This document shows positions 21,798-33,154 of a stretch of 64,000 nt of DNA, one piece after another. The notes below the pieces were generated by a model that was not told where the DNA came from, searched no databases, and saw nothing but the letters and a program-made list of their open reading frames with translations. Origin of the DNA: an uncultured Alphaproteobacteria bacterium (GTDB lineage: Bacteria > Pseudomonadota > Alphaproteobacteria > ATCC43930 > CGMCC-115725). The DNA is taken from assembly GCA_963737875.1 (NCBI GenBank), contig CAVTUM010000002.1, forward strand, positions 56,847-120,846. The letters are read 5' to 3'. The position numbers and the translations under genes are program-made. Numbering within the stretch: the stretch's first letter is position 1; every line of letters starts with the position of its first letter.

Positions 21798-22367
21798 TTA
21801 TTTTTCGAGTAATTTCGCGCCCGCTGGGGTCGGCACCTCGAAGACGTTGAGGGTCACGGAGACGAACGAGTAGTAGCCGATCAGGCCGGCGAGATCGACG
21901 ATGCCCTTCTCGCCCCAGCGCTCGACGACGCGGTCGTAGGTGGCGTCGTCGATGCGGTGGTCTGGTAGTAGCCGTGGGCAGAAATCGTAGACCAGCTGGT
22001 CGTCGGGGTCGGCGAATTTGGGGGCGCGGCGTTCGGCGATCGCGTCGATCATCTCCTGCGTCAGGCCGGCCGCAGGGCGAGGCGGACATGCGCGGCCCAT
22101 TCGAACTGCGCCGTCCAGTACCGCGCCGTGACCAGGATCGCGATTTCGGTCTGCTTTTGGGTGAAGGGGGTGCCGAAGCGGACATGGCGCGCCGAGCTTG
22201 TGGGCATGGTCGGCGAGGCCGGGGCTTTTCAGCCAGACATGCACCGGCGGCGGCACCGACCGCGCGGGCCGGCCTTGCAGTCGTTGAAGATGCGGCGCTG
22301 TTCCGCGTCCATGTTGGCTTCGTCTATTTGCTGATAGCGCGGCATTGGGGTTCTCCCGAGTTGGCAT
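21798..22367 (-). pseudogene. Carboxymuconolactone decarboxylase (CMD) family protein, three frameshifts
   Basis: MPRYQQIDEANMDAEQRRIFNDCKAGPRGR|VPPPVHVWLKSPGLADHAHKLGA|HPARFGTPFTQKQTEIAILVTARYWTAQFEWAAHVRLAL|RAGLTQEMIDAIAERRAPKF... pieces lie in alternating frames. Confidence 0.75.
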
Positions 22368-22419
22368 GATTGGCGGGCGATCATACTGTGCCGCGGCATC
22401 AGGCCAAGGAGGGATCAGG

Positions 22420-23492
<1,073 letters not shown>

Positions 23493-23522
23493 CCAGCGTG
23501 CGTGAAAATGGGGAGTGCGCCT

Positions 23523-24565
23523 ATGGAATTCGGCATGTTTCACGAGCTTCCGTCGATGCCGGGGCGCAGCCAGACGGAAATGTTCGACGAGGCGATGGAG
23601 CAGATCGACGCCGCCGAGCGCTGGGGCCTCGACGTCGATGTGGTTGGCGGAAATCCATTTCGCGCCGGAACGCACCTATCTGTCGGCGCCAATGACGCTC
23701 GCCAGCGCGATCGCCGCCCGCACCAAGCGGATGAAGATGGGCATCGCGGTGCAGGTCCTGCCGTTGTGCCATCCGCTGCGCATTGCCGAAGAGGCCGCGA
23801 CGGTCGACCAGATCAGCGAAGGCCGGCTGATTTTCGGGGTCGGGCGCAGCGGCGTCGTCAGCACCTATGACGCCTATCAGGTGCCTTATGACGAAAGCCG
23901 CGAGCGGTTTACCGAAATCCTCGACATCGTCGAAGAGGCTTGGAGCAAGCCGACCTTCTCGTATGAGGGCAAATACTACCGCTTCGATGACGTCGCCTGC
24001 GTGCCGCACCCGTACAAAGGCAAGCTGCCGCCGATCCGCATCGCCGCCAGCACGCCCGATACGTTTCCCGCGATCGGCGGGCTCGGCTATCCGGTGTTCG
24101 CCAGCATGCGCCACACCAACCTGGACCGATCTGAAGCCGCAGGTCGCCAGCTATCAGCAGGGCTGGAAAGACGCCGGCCGCAAGGGCAAGGGCCAGGTGT
24201 TCATCTCGGCGCCGATCTACATCGCCGAGACCGAGCAGCAGGCGCGTGACGAGGCGCGCGAAAGCGTCCAGCATTTCTACCGGCTGCAATACGAACTGAT
24301 CGCCGAGTCGGCGCGCCGTTCCGGCCGGCAGAGCTTTATCGATCGCGCCGAGCTGCTGCGCACCCTGACCTATGAGGACGCGATCCGCGGTAACGTCATT
24401 GTCGGCACGCCGGATAGCGTCGCGGCGCGCTTGAAGCAATTGCAGGACGAGATCGGCTTTGACGGCATTCTCGCCGAGCTGAATTGCGGCGGTATCATCC
24501 CACACGACCGCGTGATGAACGCGCTGCGCCTGATGTGCCAGGAGGTCATGCCGCGCTTCCGGTGA
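23523..24565 (+). CDS. LLM-class flavin-dependent oxidoreductase (luciferase-like), two +1 frameshifts (~23640, ~24125)
   Basis: MEFGMFHELPSMPGRSQTEMFDEAMEQIDAAERWGLDV|MWLAEIHFAPERTYLSAPMTLASAIAARTKRMKMGIAVQVLP...|TWTDLKPQVASYQQGWK...GIIPHDRVMNALRLMCQEVMPRF. Confidence 0.8.
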
Positions 24566-24602
24566 CCGAGATCGGCCAGCGCCACTAATCAGGAGGACGA
24601 GT

Positions 24603-25622
24603 ATGAAATTTGGATTGTTTGGCGGCGCGCGCACTGATGCCGGAGACCAGCAGGCCAGCGACAGCCGGATTTACACCGACTACATCGACTATATCTGCGA
24701 GGCCGAGGCGCTCGGCTATCACAGCGTGTTCCTGGTCGAGCACCATTTCACCGGGTTTGGCCAGGTGTCCTCGACGCTGAACTTCCTGACCTACCTCGCC
24801 GCCAAGACCACGACGTTGCGGCTCGGCACCGCGGTGCTGGTCTTGCCGTGGCACAACCCGGCATTGCTCGCTGAGCAGGCCGCGACGCTCGACCTGCTGT
24901 CCAATGGCCGGTTCGATTTCGGCATCGGCAAGGGCTATCGCTGGGGCGAATTCCACGGGTTTTGCATTCCGATGGAAGAGGCCGAGGAGCGCTACCACGA
25001 AACCGTCTCGTTCCTGCGCAAGGCGTGGACCAGCGAAGGCCGCTTTTCGCATCACGGCAAATACTGGGATTACGAGGATGTCGTGATCGAGCCAGCGCCG
25101 GTACAAAAGCCGCACCCGCCGCTGTGGATCGGTGCGGCGAGCCCGAATTCGATCCGCTTTGCCGCCGATAGCGGGTTCAACCTGCTGCTCGGCCAGGGCG
25201 GCGGTCCGGAAACCGTGGCCGAGGGGATTTCGATCTACCGCCGCGCGGTCGAGGCGCAGGGCCGCGTGTTCGATCCCGCGACGGTCGGCTGCACCCGCGC
25301 CCTGCATATCGCGATGAACGACGATGAGCGTGAGAAGGCCCGCGAGTTGCGCGCCAAGTTCATGGCCAACGTGCAATCGCTGTCATTGTCGCCGACCGGC
25401 GAGACGCCGACGCTCGGGCGGCCGCGCAAGATGATGTCGCGCCAGGAAATGGACGAGCTGACCGAGCGCGACGCGCTGATCGGCCGGCCGGACGAGATCA
25501 TCCGGCGGATCAAGCGGCTGCAGGAAGGCGGTCTGGAATACATCATGGTGATGGATTTCGCCGGTTCGCGCGACCATCTGCGCACCTTCGCGCGCGAGGT
25601 GATGCCGGCCTTCGCCGACTGA
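24603..25622 (+). CDS. LLM-class flavin-dependent oxidoreductase (intact paralogue)
   Basis: 339 aa; MKFGLFGGAR...YHSVFLVEHHFTGFGQVSSTLNFLTYLAAKTTTLRLGTAVLVLPWHNP... Confidence 0.85.
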   Translation: MKFGLFGGARTDAGDQQASDSRIYTDYIDYICEAEALGYHSVFLVEHHFTGFGQVSSTLNFLTYLAAKTTTLRLGTAVLVLPWHNPALLAEQAATLDLLSNGRFDFGIGKGYRWGEFHGFCIPMEEAEERYHETVSFLRKAWTSEGRFSHHGKYWDYEDVVIEPAPVQKPHPPLWIGAASPNSIRFAADSGFNLLLGQGGGPETVAEGISIYRRAVEAQGRVFDPATVGCTRALHIAMNDDEREKARELRAKFMANVQSLSLSPTGETPTLGRPRKMMSRQEMDELTERDALIGRPDEIIRRIKRLQEGGLEYIMVMDFAGSRDHLRTFAREVMPAFAD

Positions 25623-25721
25623 AGCCGGCGGCGCCAGGGGCTGTTGCAAGGCGCCCGGCCTTCCCATGTTCTCTAATTGACCCGGGCTGCGTCCCGGCAC
25701 TCCGTCCAAAGAGGCGTGGTG

Positions 25722-25970
25722 ATGAGCTTGAGCAAATCCGTGCTGATGAGCGCAGTGCTGTTGACTGGCATGACACTTGCCGTCGAAGCCGACGCCCAAT
25801 ATCCGGCCTATCCGTACACCGCCGCGGTTCAAAGAACGCCGCCATCGTGGAGCTATGATCCCTACACAAGCGGCCTCGGGCCGTGCCCGCAACGTTTCCG
25901 CGGCGATCCTCAATGCCGCTACACGGTGGACCCAACCTACGGCCAGCCGGACTACTGGCCGGCGCATTAG
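25722..25970 (+). CDS. Small secreted hypothetical protein
   Basis: Signal peptide MSLSKSVLMSAVLLTGMTLAVEA; Tyr/Pro-rich mature part; no family recognised. Confidence 0.4.
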   Translation: MSLSKSVLMSAVLLTGMTLAVEADAQYPAYPYTAAVQRTPPSWSYDPYTSGLGPCPQRFRGDPQCRYTVDPTYGQPDYWPAH

Positions 25971-26021
25971 AACGCCGGAAGCGGCGGCGCCAAAAACTCG
26001 AAGCCTGGTCAGGTCACCGGT

Positions 26022-26582
26022 TCAGCCGCGCTTGAACGGGTGGTCGATGATCGCTTTCTGATCTGGCGTCAGCGCCTGATAAAACTGTTCCAATGCCGGC
26101 TTGGTCTGCTGGATGGTTTGCAGCCGGGCGGTGAGAAACTGTTCGCGCTGACCCAGCCGGTCGAGCACGGTTTCCTGGCCGCGCTGATCGCGCGGCTTCA
26201 TCGCGGCACATAGCTGACGCTCCTTTTCGGTGGCGCTCTGCAGCGGCCCCTGTACCTTGTCCCACAGCGGCTTCTGCTCGGCGGTCAGGTTCAGTTTGGT
26301 GATTGTGTAGGCGATCATGCCGGCGCGGCGGGCAAGATGCTCTTCGCAGCGCTGCTGCGGCGACATCGCCATCATCCGGCGCATCATGCCGCCCATCCAG
26401 CCGCGATGCGGCCCCATCCTGCCGTGCTCGTCGCCGTCCGGGCCGCCCCCCCAGCGGCTCATACCGGGACCCATCCCCTGCGCCTTCTGCGGGTCGGTGT
26501 CGGAGGCCGACCACGCGAGCATCGGCGAGGCAATCGCGATCCCCGCGATCAGGGCGACGCCGGCGACCATCGATCGGTTCAT
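26022..26582 (-). CDS. Spy/CpxP-family periplasmic protein (LTxxQ motif repeat)
   Basis: Signal peptide MNRSMVAGVALIAGIAIASPMLA; Met/Gly-rich region; LTAEQKPLWDKVQ and LTPDQKAIIDH LTxxQ motifs. Confidence 0.7.
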   Translation of the reverse strand: MNRSMVAGVALIAGIAIASPMLAWSASDTDPQKAQGMGPGMSRWGGGPDGDEHGRMGPHRGWMGGMMRRMMAMSPQQRCEEHLARRAGMIAYTITKLNLTAEQKPLWDKVQGPLQSATEKERQLCAAMKPRDQRGQETVLDRLGQREQFLTARLQTIQQTKPALEQFYQALTPDQKAIIDHPFKRG

Positions 26583-26755
26583 CTGGGTTCTCCCGCCAAT
26601 CCTCAATTGGAAACGAAACTGCAATAGGATACGCAGGCGATCGGCCGGCCTCCCCGCGATGGCGGCTTGCGGCGAATTAAATCGCTGACAGGTTTGCCTG
26701 GGGCGATATCCGAGGCGATGCCCGAGGCGATGATTGGCGCGAGGAGAGAAGCAAC

Positions 26756-27977
26756 ATGCCGAAGACCGATGGCACGCGGGTCGTGGCCGATTTGAAGCGG
26801 CTCGCCGAGTTCGGCCGCTACAAGACCGGGGTGCACCGGCCGACCTACTCGCCGGTCGATGTCGCCTCGCGCCAGTGGCTTGCCGATAAATTTGCCGAGG
26901 CCGGGCTCGAGCCGGTGATCGACGGCATCGGCAACGTGTTCGGCCATAATCCGCGCGCGACCAAGCGGCTGCTGGTCGGTTCGCACAGCGAGACCCAGCC
27001 GCATGGCGGCTGGCTCGACGGCGCGCTTGGGGTGATCTACGGCGCTCGAACTGGCGCGCGCCTTCGCCGCCGACCCGGCGCTGGCCGGGCTCGGCATCGA
27101 GCCGGTCGCCTGGGCCGACGAGGAAGGCCATTACGGCAACATGCTCGGCAGCCGCTCATTTACCGAGCTGCTGCTCGATGCCGAGATCGACAGCGCCACC
27201 AGCCGCGACGGCAAGACGCTGCGAGAGGCGCTGGCCGAGGCCGGGTTCGCCGGCCGCGCCGCGCGAGCAGCATCGACCCGGCGCGCTATGTCGGTTATCT
27301 CGAAGCCCATATCGAGCAGGGCAACACGCTGGAAACCAGCGGGCTGCGGATCGGCGTCGTCGAGGCGATCATCGGCAACTGGAACTACGGCGTCACCTGC
27401 ACCGGCGAGCAGAACCATGCCGGCACGACCCAGATGCGCCGGCGCAAGGATGCCGGTGTCGCGATGGTGCGCCTCGCCAACCGCATCCACGACCGCTTTG
27501 CCGCGATCGCCGGGCCGCGCACGGTGTGGACGATCGGCCGGATGCTGCTCGACCCGAACGCGCCGAGCATCGTGCCCGGCCGCGCCGAGATGCAGGTGCA
27601 GTTCCGCGACACCGATACCGGCATCCTGCGCGCTTCGAGACGGCCTTGCTCGAACTGGTTGCGGCGAGCCGACGCGGCCGGCCCTTGCCATATCACGATC
27701 GAGCCGATGTCGAAGAGCGAGCCGGCGCGCGATGGACGCGCGATTTCCGGCGTCTGATCGAAGCGGTCAGCCGAACGCCACGTGCCCGGCCTGCATCTGC
27801 GGATGCCGAGCGGCGCCGGGCACGACGCGCAAATCCTGTCGCGCCGCATGCGCGCCGGCATGATGTTCATCCCGAGCATCAGCGGCGTCAGCCACCACTG
27901 GTCGGAAGACACCGCGGAAGAGGACATCGTGCTCGGCGCGCAGGTATTCGCCGACGCCGCCGCCGCCATTCTCCAGG
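26756..27977 (+). pseudogene. M20-family Zn-dependent amidohydrolase (allantoate amidohydrolase / N-carbamoyl-amino-acid hydrolase-like), at least 3 frameshifts
   Basis: …GSHSETQPHGGWLDGALGVIYG|LELARAFAADPALAGLGIEPVAWADEEGHYGNMLGSRSF…|SIDPARYVGYLEAHIEQGNTLE…VQFRDTDTGIL|…|LHLRMPSGAGHDAQIL…MMFIPSISGVSHHWSEDTAEEDIVLGAQVFADAAAAIL in different frames; 3-prime boundary uncertain. Confidence 0.8.
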
Positions 27978-27991
27978 CAAGCGTAATCATC

Positions 27992-28915
27992 ATGGCCATC
28001 ATTGTCCAGGAATCGCTGCGCGGCTTGTTCTATGCGCCGTATTACGCGGCGCTGGCGCTCGGTGCATATCGAGCAGGAAGGGGTCGAGGTCAGCTTTGTC
28101 GCGGCGCCGCGGCCCGGCGTGGCGCCGGACGCGCTGTTCGACGGTACGGTCGATGTCGCCTGGGGCGGCCCGATGCGGGTCAACCAGATCTACGAGCAGC
28201 GGCCGGATTGCGACCTCGTGTGCTTTGGCGAGGCGGTGACGCGCGACCCGTTCATGCTGGTCGGCGCGCACCCCGAAACCCGGCTTTAGGATCGCCGACC
28301 TGACCAGCGTGCGTCTCGCGACGGTCAGCGAGGTGCCGACCCCGTGGCTGTGCCTGCAGGAGGATGTACGCCGCGCCGGCCTCGATCCGGCCGCGCTCGA
28401 CCCGTGTCGCCGACGGCTCAATGGGCGACAACATGGCGGCGTTGCGCCGCGGCGATGTCGATGTCGTGCAATTGTTTCAGCCGCTCGCCGAGGAGCTGAT
28501 CGCCGCCGGCGACGGGCATTTATGGTACGCGGCGGCCAATCGCGGCCCCTGCTCCTACACGACGTTCTACGCCCGTCGCCCAGTGCTGGCGGCGAAGCGC
28601 GCCGAGTTGCTGCTGCTGGTGCGCGGCCTCTACCGCACCCAGAAATGGCTGCACGCCGCCTCGGCCGACAGGATCGCCGAGGTGGTACAGCCCTATTTCC
28701 CCGCCGTCGCGACGCCGCTGCTGCGCGCCGCCCTCGCCCGCTACCAGAATCTCGGCGTCTGGAACCGCACCCCGGTCCTGCCGCGCGACGGCTACGACCG
28801 CCTCAAGGCCGGCATTATCAGCAGCGGCTTCGCCAGGGGCACCCCCTACGAGGTTGCCGTCGATAACACCCTCGCCGAACAAGCCGTGCGCGACGACCCA
28901 CCGTCAGTGTAGGGG
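27992..28915 (+). pseudogene. NMT1/THI5-like (NitT/TauT-family) substrate-binding-type protein, at least 3 frameshifts
   Basis: MAIIVQESLRGLFYAPYYAALALGAY|…HIEQEGVEVSFVAAPRPGVAPDALFDGTVDVAWGGPMRVNQIYEQRPDCDLVCFGEAVTRDPFMLVGAHPE|…AGLDPAALDP|…GDVDVVQLFQPLAEELIAAGDGHLWYAAANRGPCSYTTFYARRPV…VRGLYRTQKWLHAAS…. Confidence 0.65.
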
Positions 28916-28925
28916 GTAAAAACCC

Positions 28926-29037
28926 ACCCCCCGTTTGTGGCCGGGCTTGGCCCGGCCATCCACGAGACGAGCATCGACGGTCGGTTTCTCGTGGATGGCC
29001 GGGCCAAGCCCGGCCACGAACGAGAGGGGGAACCGAG
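28926..29037. repeat. Palindromic repeat family 2 (GTGGCCGGGCTTGGCCCGGCCATCCACGAG arms, each internally palindromic)
   Basis: Two inverted 29-bp arms separated by ~21 nt; between convergent genes. Second copy 34262-34385. Source of shadow-ORF motif VDGRAKPGHER. Confidence 0.65.
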
Positions 29038-29048
29038 AGGGAATGGCG

Positions 29049-30050
29049 TCAGTAGCTGAGAAAGGCCTGCTGGATTTCGCCGATATCCGTGGTCGTCAGC
29101 AATAGCAGCATCAAGAGGATGCGGGCCTTTTGCGGCGACAGGTCGGAGGCGCCGATGATGCCGGTCTCGCGCAGGCGGCGGCGCGGCGCGATGCGGCCGG
29201 TGGCGCGGCTGCCCTGCACGACGACAATCCCGGCCTTCGCGGCGTCGAGAAACGCCACTTGCTGCGCCGGGCTCGGCGACCCCGGCGCGAACCCGGCCGA
29301 TACCAGCCCCTTGGCACCCGCCGCCACCGCCGCGCCGACGAGATCGCCATCGGCGCCGGCATAGGAATAGATCACATCGACCCGCGGCAGGCTCGTGATG
29401 TCGAGCGTCGCGAATTGCGTGTCGGGCATGTGCTTTTGCAGCGGCGCGCGGAAGAAATGCGGCCCGTCGCCATCGACATGGCCGAGCGCGCCGTAATCGA
29501 GCGACCGGAAGGTCTGCACCCGGTAGGTCGAGGTTTTGACCACGTCGCGCGCCGGGTGGATTTCGTCGTTCATCACCACCAGCACACCCATGCCGCGCGC
29601 TTCGGCCGACCCCGCCACCCGCAACGCATTGACCAGGTTCATCCCGGCATCGGTGCCAAGCGCGCTCGCCGGCCGCTGCGCCCCAACCAGCACGACCGGC
29701 TGCTTTACCCGCAAGGTCAGGTTCAGGAAAAACGCGGTTTCCTCGAGCGTCGCGGTGCCGTGCGGGATGACAAACCCGGCGATCGACGCGTCCTCGGCCG
29801 CCAGCCGGTGGATCAGGTCACGGATTTCGATCCATTCCTTCGGCCCGAGCGCGGTGCTGCCGACCTGCCGAAACGTGATCGGCAGCGGATCGGCGACGGT
29901 GCGGGTCTCGGCAAACTTGTCGAGCAACTGCTCGCAGGTCAGCTTCTGGCCGAAATCCGGGTAGTCCAGCACATCGAGACTGCCGGCCCCGAGCGACGAA
30001 ATCGTGCCGCCGGTACCGATCACGGCGATGCGGGGGAGTGTGGTTGGCAT
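29049..30050 (-). CDS. L-asparaginase (type II-like family)
   Basis: 333 aa; IAVIGTGGTISS, HGTATLEETAFFLNL, VVLVGAQRPASALGTDAGMNL. Confidence 0.9.
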   Translation of the reverse strand: MPTTLPRIAVIGTGGTISSLGAGSLDVLDYPDFGQKLTCEQLLDKFAETRTVADPLPITFRQVGSTALGPKEWIEIRDLIHRLAAEDASIAGFVIPHGTATLEETAFFLNLTLRVKQPVVLVGAQRPASALGTDAGMNLVNALRVAGSAEARGMGVLVVMNDEIHPARDVVKTSTYRVQTFRSLDYGALGHVDGDGPHFFRAPLQKHMPDTQFATLDITSLPRVDVIYSYAGADGDLVGAAVAAGAKGLVSAGFAPGSPSPAQQVAFLDAAKAGIVVVQGSRATGRIAPRRRLRETGIIGASDLSPQKARILLMLLLLTTTDIGEIQQAFLSY

Positions 30051-30132
30051 AAATCATCCTCGCTGGGCATTGCTGCAATTCGGGGCAGCCCGTTCACATT
30101 TGATGCCAGCCGATCAGCGGCGATCGGCGGCG

Positions 30133-30885
30133 TCAGGTGAAATAGCGGCCGGAATCGATCACGATGTTCTGGCCGGTCATGGTTTCGGTGCGGCACATCG
30201 TGACGACCATATCGGCGCAGTCTTCCTTGTCGGCGGGCTTTTTCAAAAGCGAGGTCGCGGCCGAGCGCTCGATGAATTCCGGACGCAAATTGGCGGTGGC
30301 GCGGGTGCCTTCAAGAAGACCCGGCGCGACGCAGTTCACCAGCGTTTCCGGCGCCAGGGCCGTCGCCATGCATTTGGTCAGGTGAATAAGGCCGGCTTTT
30401 GACACGGCATAGGCGATCGACGAGCCGGTCGGGCCGACGCCGGCGACCGACGCTATGTTGACGATGCGGCCCTGGCCCTGCGCCTTCATCACCGGCGCTA
30501 CCGCCTTGATGAGGCGCATCGGCCCGGTCAGGTTGACCGCGATGATCTTGTCCCACACCTCCATCGTCAGGCTGTCGAGGTCGGGAAACGGGATCGCGTG
30601 GTTGTAGGCGGCGTCGTTGACCAGGATGTCGAGCCGGCCGAACCGGCGGGTCACCGCATCGACCAGCCCGTCGACCGCAGCACCGTCGGTGATGTCGCAG
30701 CCAAAGGCGGCGGCGTTGATCTGATAGCCGGAGGTCAGCTCGCGTGCGACGCCCTCCGCCTGATCACGGCTCTGGGCGTACATCACCGCGACATGCACCC
30801 CTTCGCGCGCCAGCGCGTGGCAGATGCGCTGCCCGAGCCCGCCATTGCCGCCGGTCACCACGGCCACCGCACCCCTTAGCTCCAT
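30133..30885 (-). CDS. SDR family oxidoreductase
   Basis: MELRGAVAVVTGGNGGLGQ…NDAAY…YAVSKAG; start at internal Met of a long shadow ORF. Confidence 0.85.
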   Translation of the reverse strand: MELRGAVAVVTGGNGGLGQRICHALAREGVHVAVMYAQSRDQAEGVARELTSGYQINAAAFGCDITDGAAVDGLVDAVTRRFGRLDILVNDAAYNHAIPFPDLDSLTMEVWDKIIAVNLTGPMRLIKAVAPVMKAQGQGRIVNIASVAGVGPTGSSIAYAVSKAGLIHLTKCMATALAPETLVNCVAPGLLEGTRATANLRPEFIERSAATSLLKKPADKEDCADMVVTMCRTETMTGQNIVIDSGRYFT

Positions 30886-31007
30886 GCACGTTCTCCTGTT
30901 TGCGTGTCGGTCGGCAGTGTGTGACCTGTCCCGCCGGCAGGCAAGCGATTGCCCCGCCTGCCTGCCGCCGGAATTTGGGGCGCTGTGCGGCCTGCCCTTT
31001 GCGCCGT

Positions 31008-32996
31008 CTAGCGTCCCGGTGCGGGCCCTGGCGCCGGAGAGGGGGCCGGCAGGGCCGCGGCGCGGTCGCGGGCGATCGTCGGCATCAGGCTGGCGATCAG
31101 CCCGGTGACGAGGCCGTTTTGCGCGTTGCCGCCTTCGCCCGACACCATGATCTGCGGCACGACCGGCTGGTGGCCTTGCGCCACCGCCTCGAACAGCCGC
31201 GTCGCGATCTGCTCGGTGAGGCGGTATTCCGGGCCGCCATAGGCGCGGACCTGGGCGTCGATCGCGCCGGCATTGGCGGCACCGACCGCGGCGATCCGCG
31301 ACGCCTCGCCATCGCCTTCGAGACGCTGGCGGTCGGCCTCGGCCTGGGCGGTGATGCGGATCGTCTCGGCGTCCTTGGCGGCGCGCGCCAGGGCGGCCGA
31401 GCCTTCGTTTTCCAGCACCCGCACCTGCACCGCCGATTGCGTCAGTTTGGTCTGCATCTCGGCGGTGGCGCGCACCTCGTTCAGCGCCCGCTGTTCGACC
31501 GCGGCCTCGCCCTGGCGCTTGAAGGTTTCGACCTGCTCGACCGCGATCTGCCGCTCGCGCAACTGCACCAGGATGCGCTCGACGGTCTGGTCGTTGGCCT
31601 GCGGTTTTGGCGTGCCGATCAGCACCTCCTGCAATTCGAGGCTGTAATTGAGGAATTTGGCGCGCATTTCGGTGCTGGCGCGGGTCTGGATTTCGGCCCG
31701 CTTCTGCAACAGCTCGATCAAGGTCTGGTCCTGGCCGATATCCTTGAAATAGGCCGAGACCATCGGGTCGAGCGTCTGCTCGACCAGCCGCTTGACATCG
31801 CCAAAGCGCTGCACCACCTGCGGCGCCTTCTGGTAGTCGATGTGCACGACCACCGACAACGGCAGCGCCGGCTCGAACGCGTCCTTGGTGATCAGCGTGA
31901 TCTCGCTGAGGTTTTCGTCGAGCTTGTGCGAGCCGGTCGAACTGCTCATCCATTTCAGGACAAAGTTGGTCGTCGGCACCGCGACGATCTGGCCGGCGAA
32001 CACGTTGAACGCGTATTTGCCCGGCAATAGCGGCTGCTGCCAGACGCCGCGATGGCCGCGCTCGACGAGTTCGCCGTGGCGGTAGGCGGCGCCCGAGACG
32101 TCGTCGCCGGCCGGGCCGGTATACGAGACGACGACGCCGACCGTGCCGATCTCGATGACCGTCTTCGGAATGATATCGACTGTCGCGAACAGCCGGTTGA
32201 TGAAATAGGTGCCCTCGACCAGCACCTGAAGCTGCCGGCCGCGCCGCCCGCCGGCCGCCAGAAAGTGCTCGGGCTCCTGGAAATTCTCGTGGAAGGTCGT
32301 GGCGTCGCTGCCATCGCCGCCGACCTCGGGCGCGATGATCTCGCCGCTCACCAGCGACGGGCCGTCATGCACGGTGACGACGCCCATCTTGTCGTCGGTG
32401 TCGCGGATGATCACCGGCACAAAGCCGTCACGCTCCTCGATCGTCTGGCGCATCGCATCGAGCATGCGCCCGTCGATATCGTCGAGCCCGACGCCGTAGA
32501 TGCCGTTATCGGTCAGGATGACAAACTGCGCCAGGTTCAGCGCGTAGGTTCCCTCGCGCAGCACCTTGCGCTGCGGTCCCTTCTGGCCGCCGCGCGACAG
32601 GAAGGCGCGGACATCCTGAAAGTCTTCGTCGGGCGCGTTCGCCGCCAGCGCCTGGGCCGAGCGCAACGGCGCACCGTCGCGGGCAAAGACGTAGCCGAGC
32701 TTGCCCTGTGAGATCGTCACCAGCGGCTGGCGATGCAGCCGATAGGTGAACGGAAAGAAAAAGTGGATGCCGCCGCGCAGAATATCCGGCTGGAAACCGG
32801 CCTGACCGTTCAGTGCGACAAACCCGGTTTTAACGGAACCGCTCGGGCTCCACAGTTTTTCGACGACGCCGACCTGGTCGTTCGGGATGTACCGGATGAC
32901 GTTGCCGACACGCACCAGCAACACCAGAACAACAACACCGACCCCGATTTCAATCAGGGTTGAGTAGGCGACGACGCCCCACAGCACCGACATCAT
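31008..32996 (-). CDS. Flotillin/SPFH (band-7) family protein, YqiK-like
   Basis: 663 aa; N-terminal TM helix MMSVLWGVVAYSTLIEIGVGVVVLVLLV, SPFH domain, long coiled-coil, Ala/Pro-rich C-terminus. Confidence 0.85.
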   Translation of the reverse strand: MMSVLWGVVAYSTLIEIGVGVVVLVLLVRVGNVIRYIPNDQVGVVEKLWSPSGSVKTGFVALNGQAGFQPDILRGGIHFFFPFTYRLHRQPLVTISQGKLGYVFARDGAPLRSAQALAANAPDEDFQDVRAFLSRGGQKGPQRKVLREGTYALNLAQFVILTDNGIYGVGLDDIDGRMLDAMRQTIEERDGFVPVIIRDTDDKMGVVTVHDGPSLVSGEIIAPEVGGDGSDATTFHENFQEPEHFLAAGGRRGRQLQVLVEGTYFINRLFATVDIIPKTVIEIGTVGVVVSYTGPAGDDVSGAAYRHGELVERGHRGVWQQPLLPGKYAFNVFAGQIVAVPTTNFVLKWMSSSTGSHKLDENLSEITLITKDAFEPALPLSVVVHIDYQKAPQVVQRFGDVKRLVEQTLDPMVSAYFKDIGQDQTLIELLQKRAEIQTRASTEMRAKFLNYSLELQEVLIGTPKPQANDQTVERILVQLRERQIAVEQVETFKRQGEAAVEQRALNEVRATAEMQTKLTQSAVQVRVLENEGSAALARAAKDAETIRITAQAEADRQRLEGDGEASRIAAVGAANAGAIDAQVRAYGGPEYRLTEQIATRLFEAVAQGHQPVVPQIMVSGEGGNAQNGLVTGLIASLMPTIARDRAAALPAPSPAPGPAPGR

Positions 32997-33154
32997 GTGC
33001 TCCAAGGCTCCCGCAATGCGCTGCACGCGACGCGCGTGCCGTGCTTGCAGAAGCAATCGGAATTAGGAGCGCAACTGTTAGTGTGCAATGGGGTGACCGT
33101 GCGCTTCCGGCACGACTGCCATGATCCCTACCCTGGCCTGATCGAACGGCTGCC

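Noticed and set aside
27990-28000. Possible translational fusion of the amidohydrolase with the NMT1-like SBP (no stop in the shared frame)
   Set aside because: More likely another frameshift near the amidohydrolase 3-prime end; an alternative frame gives a TAA stop at ~27975. Fusion is not supported by domain logic.
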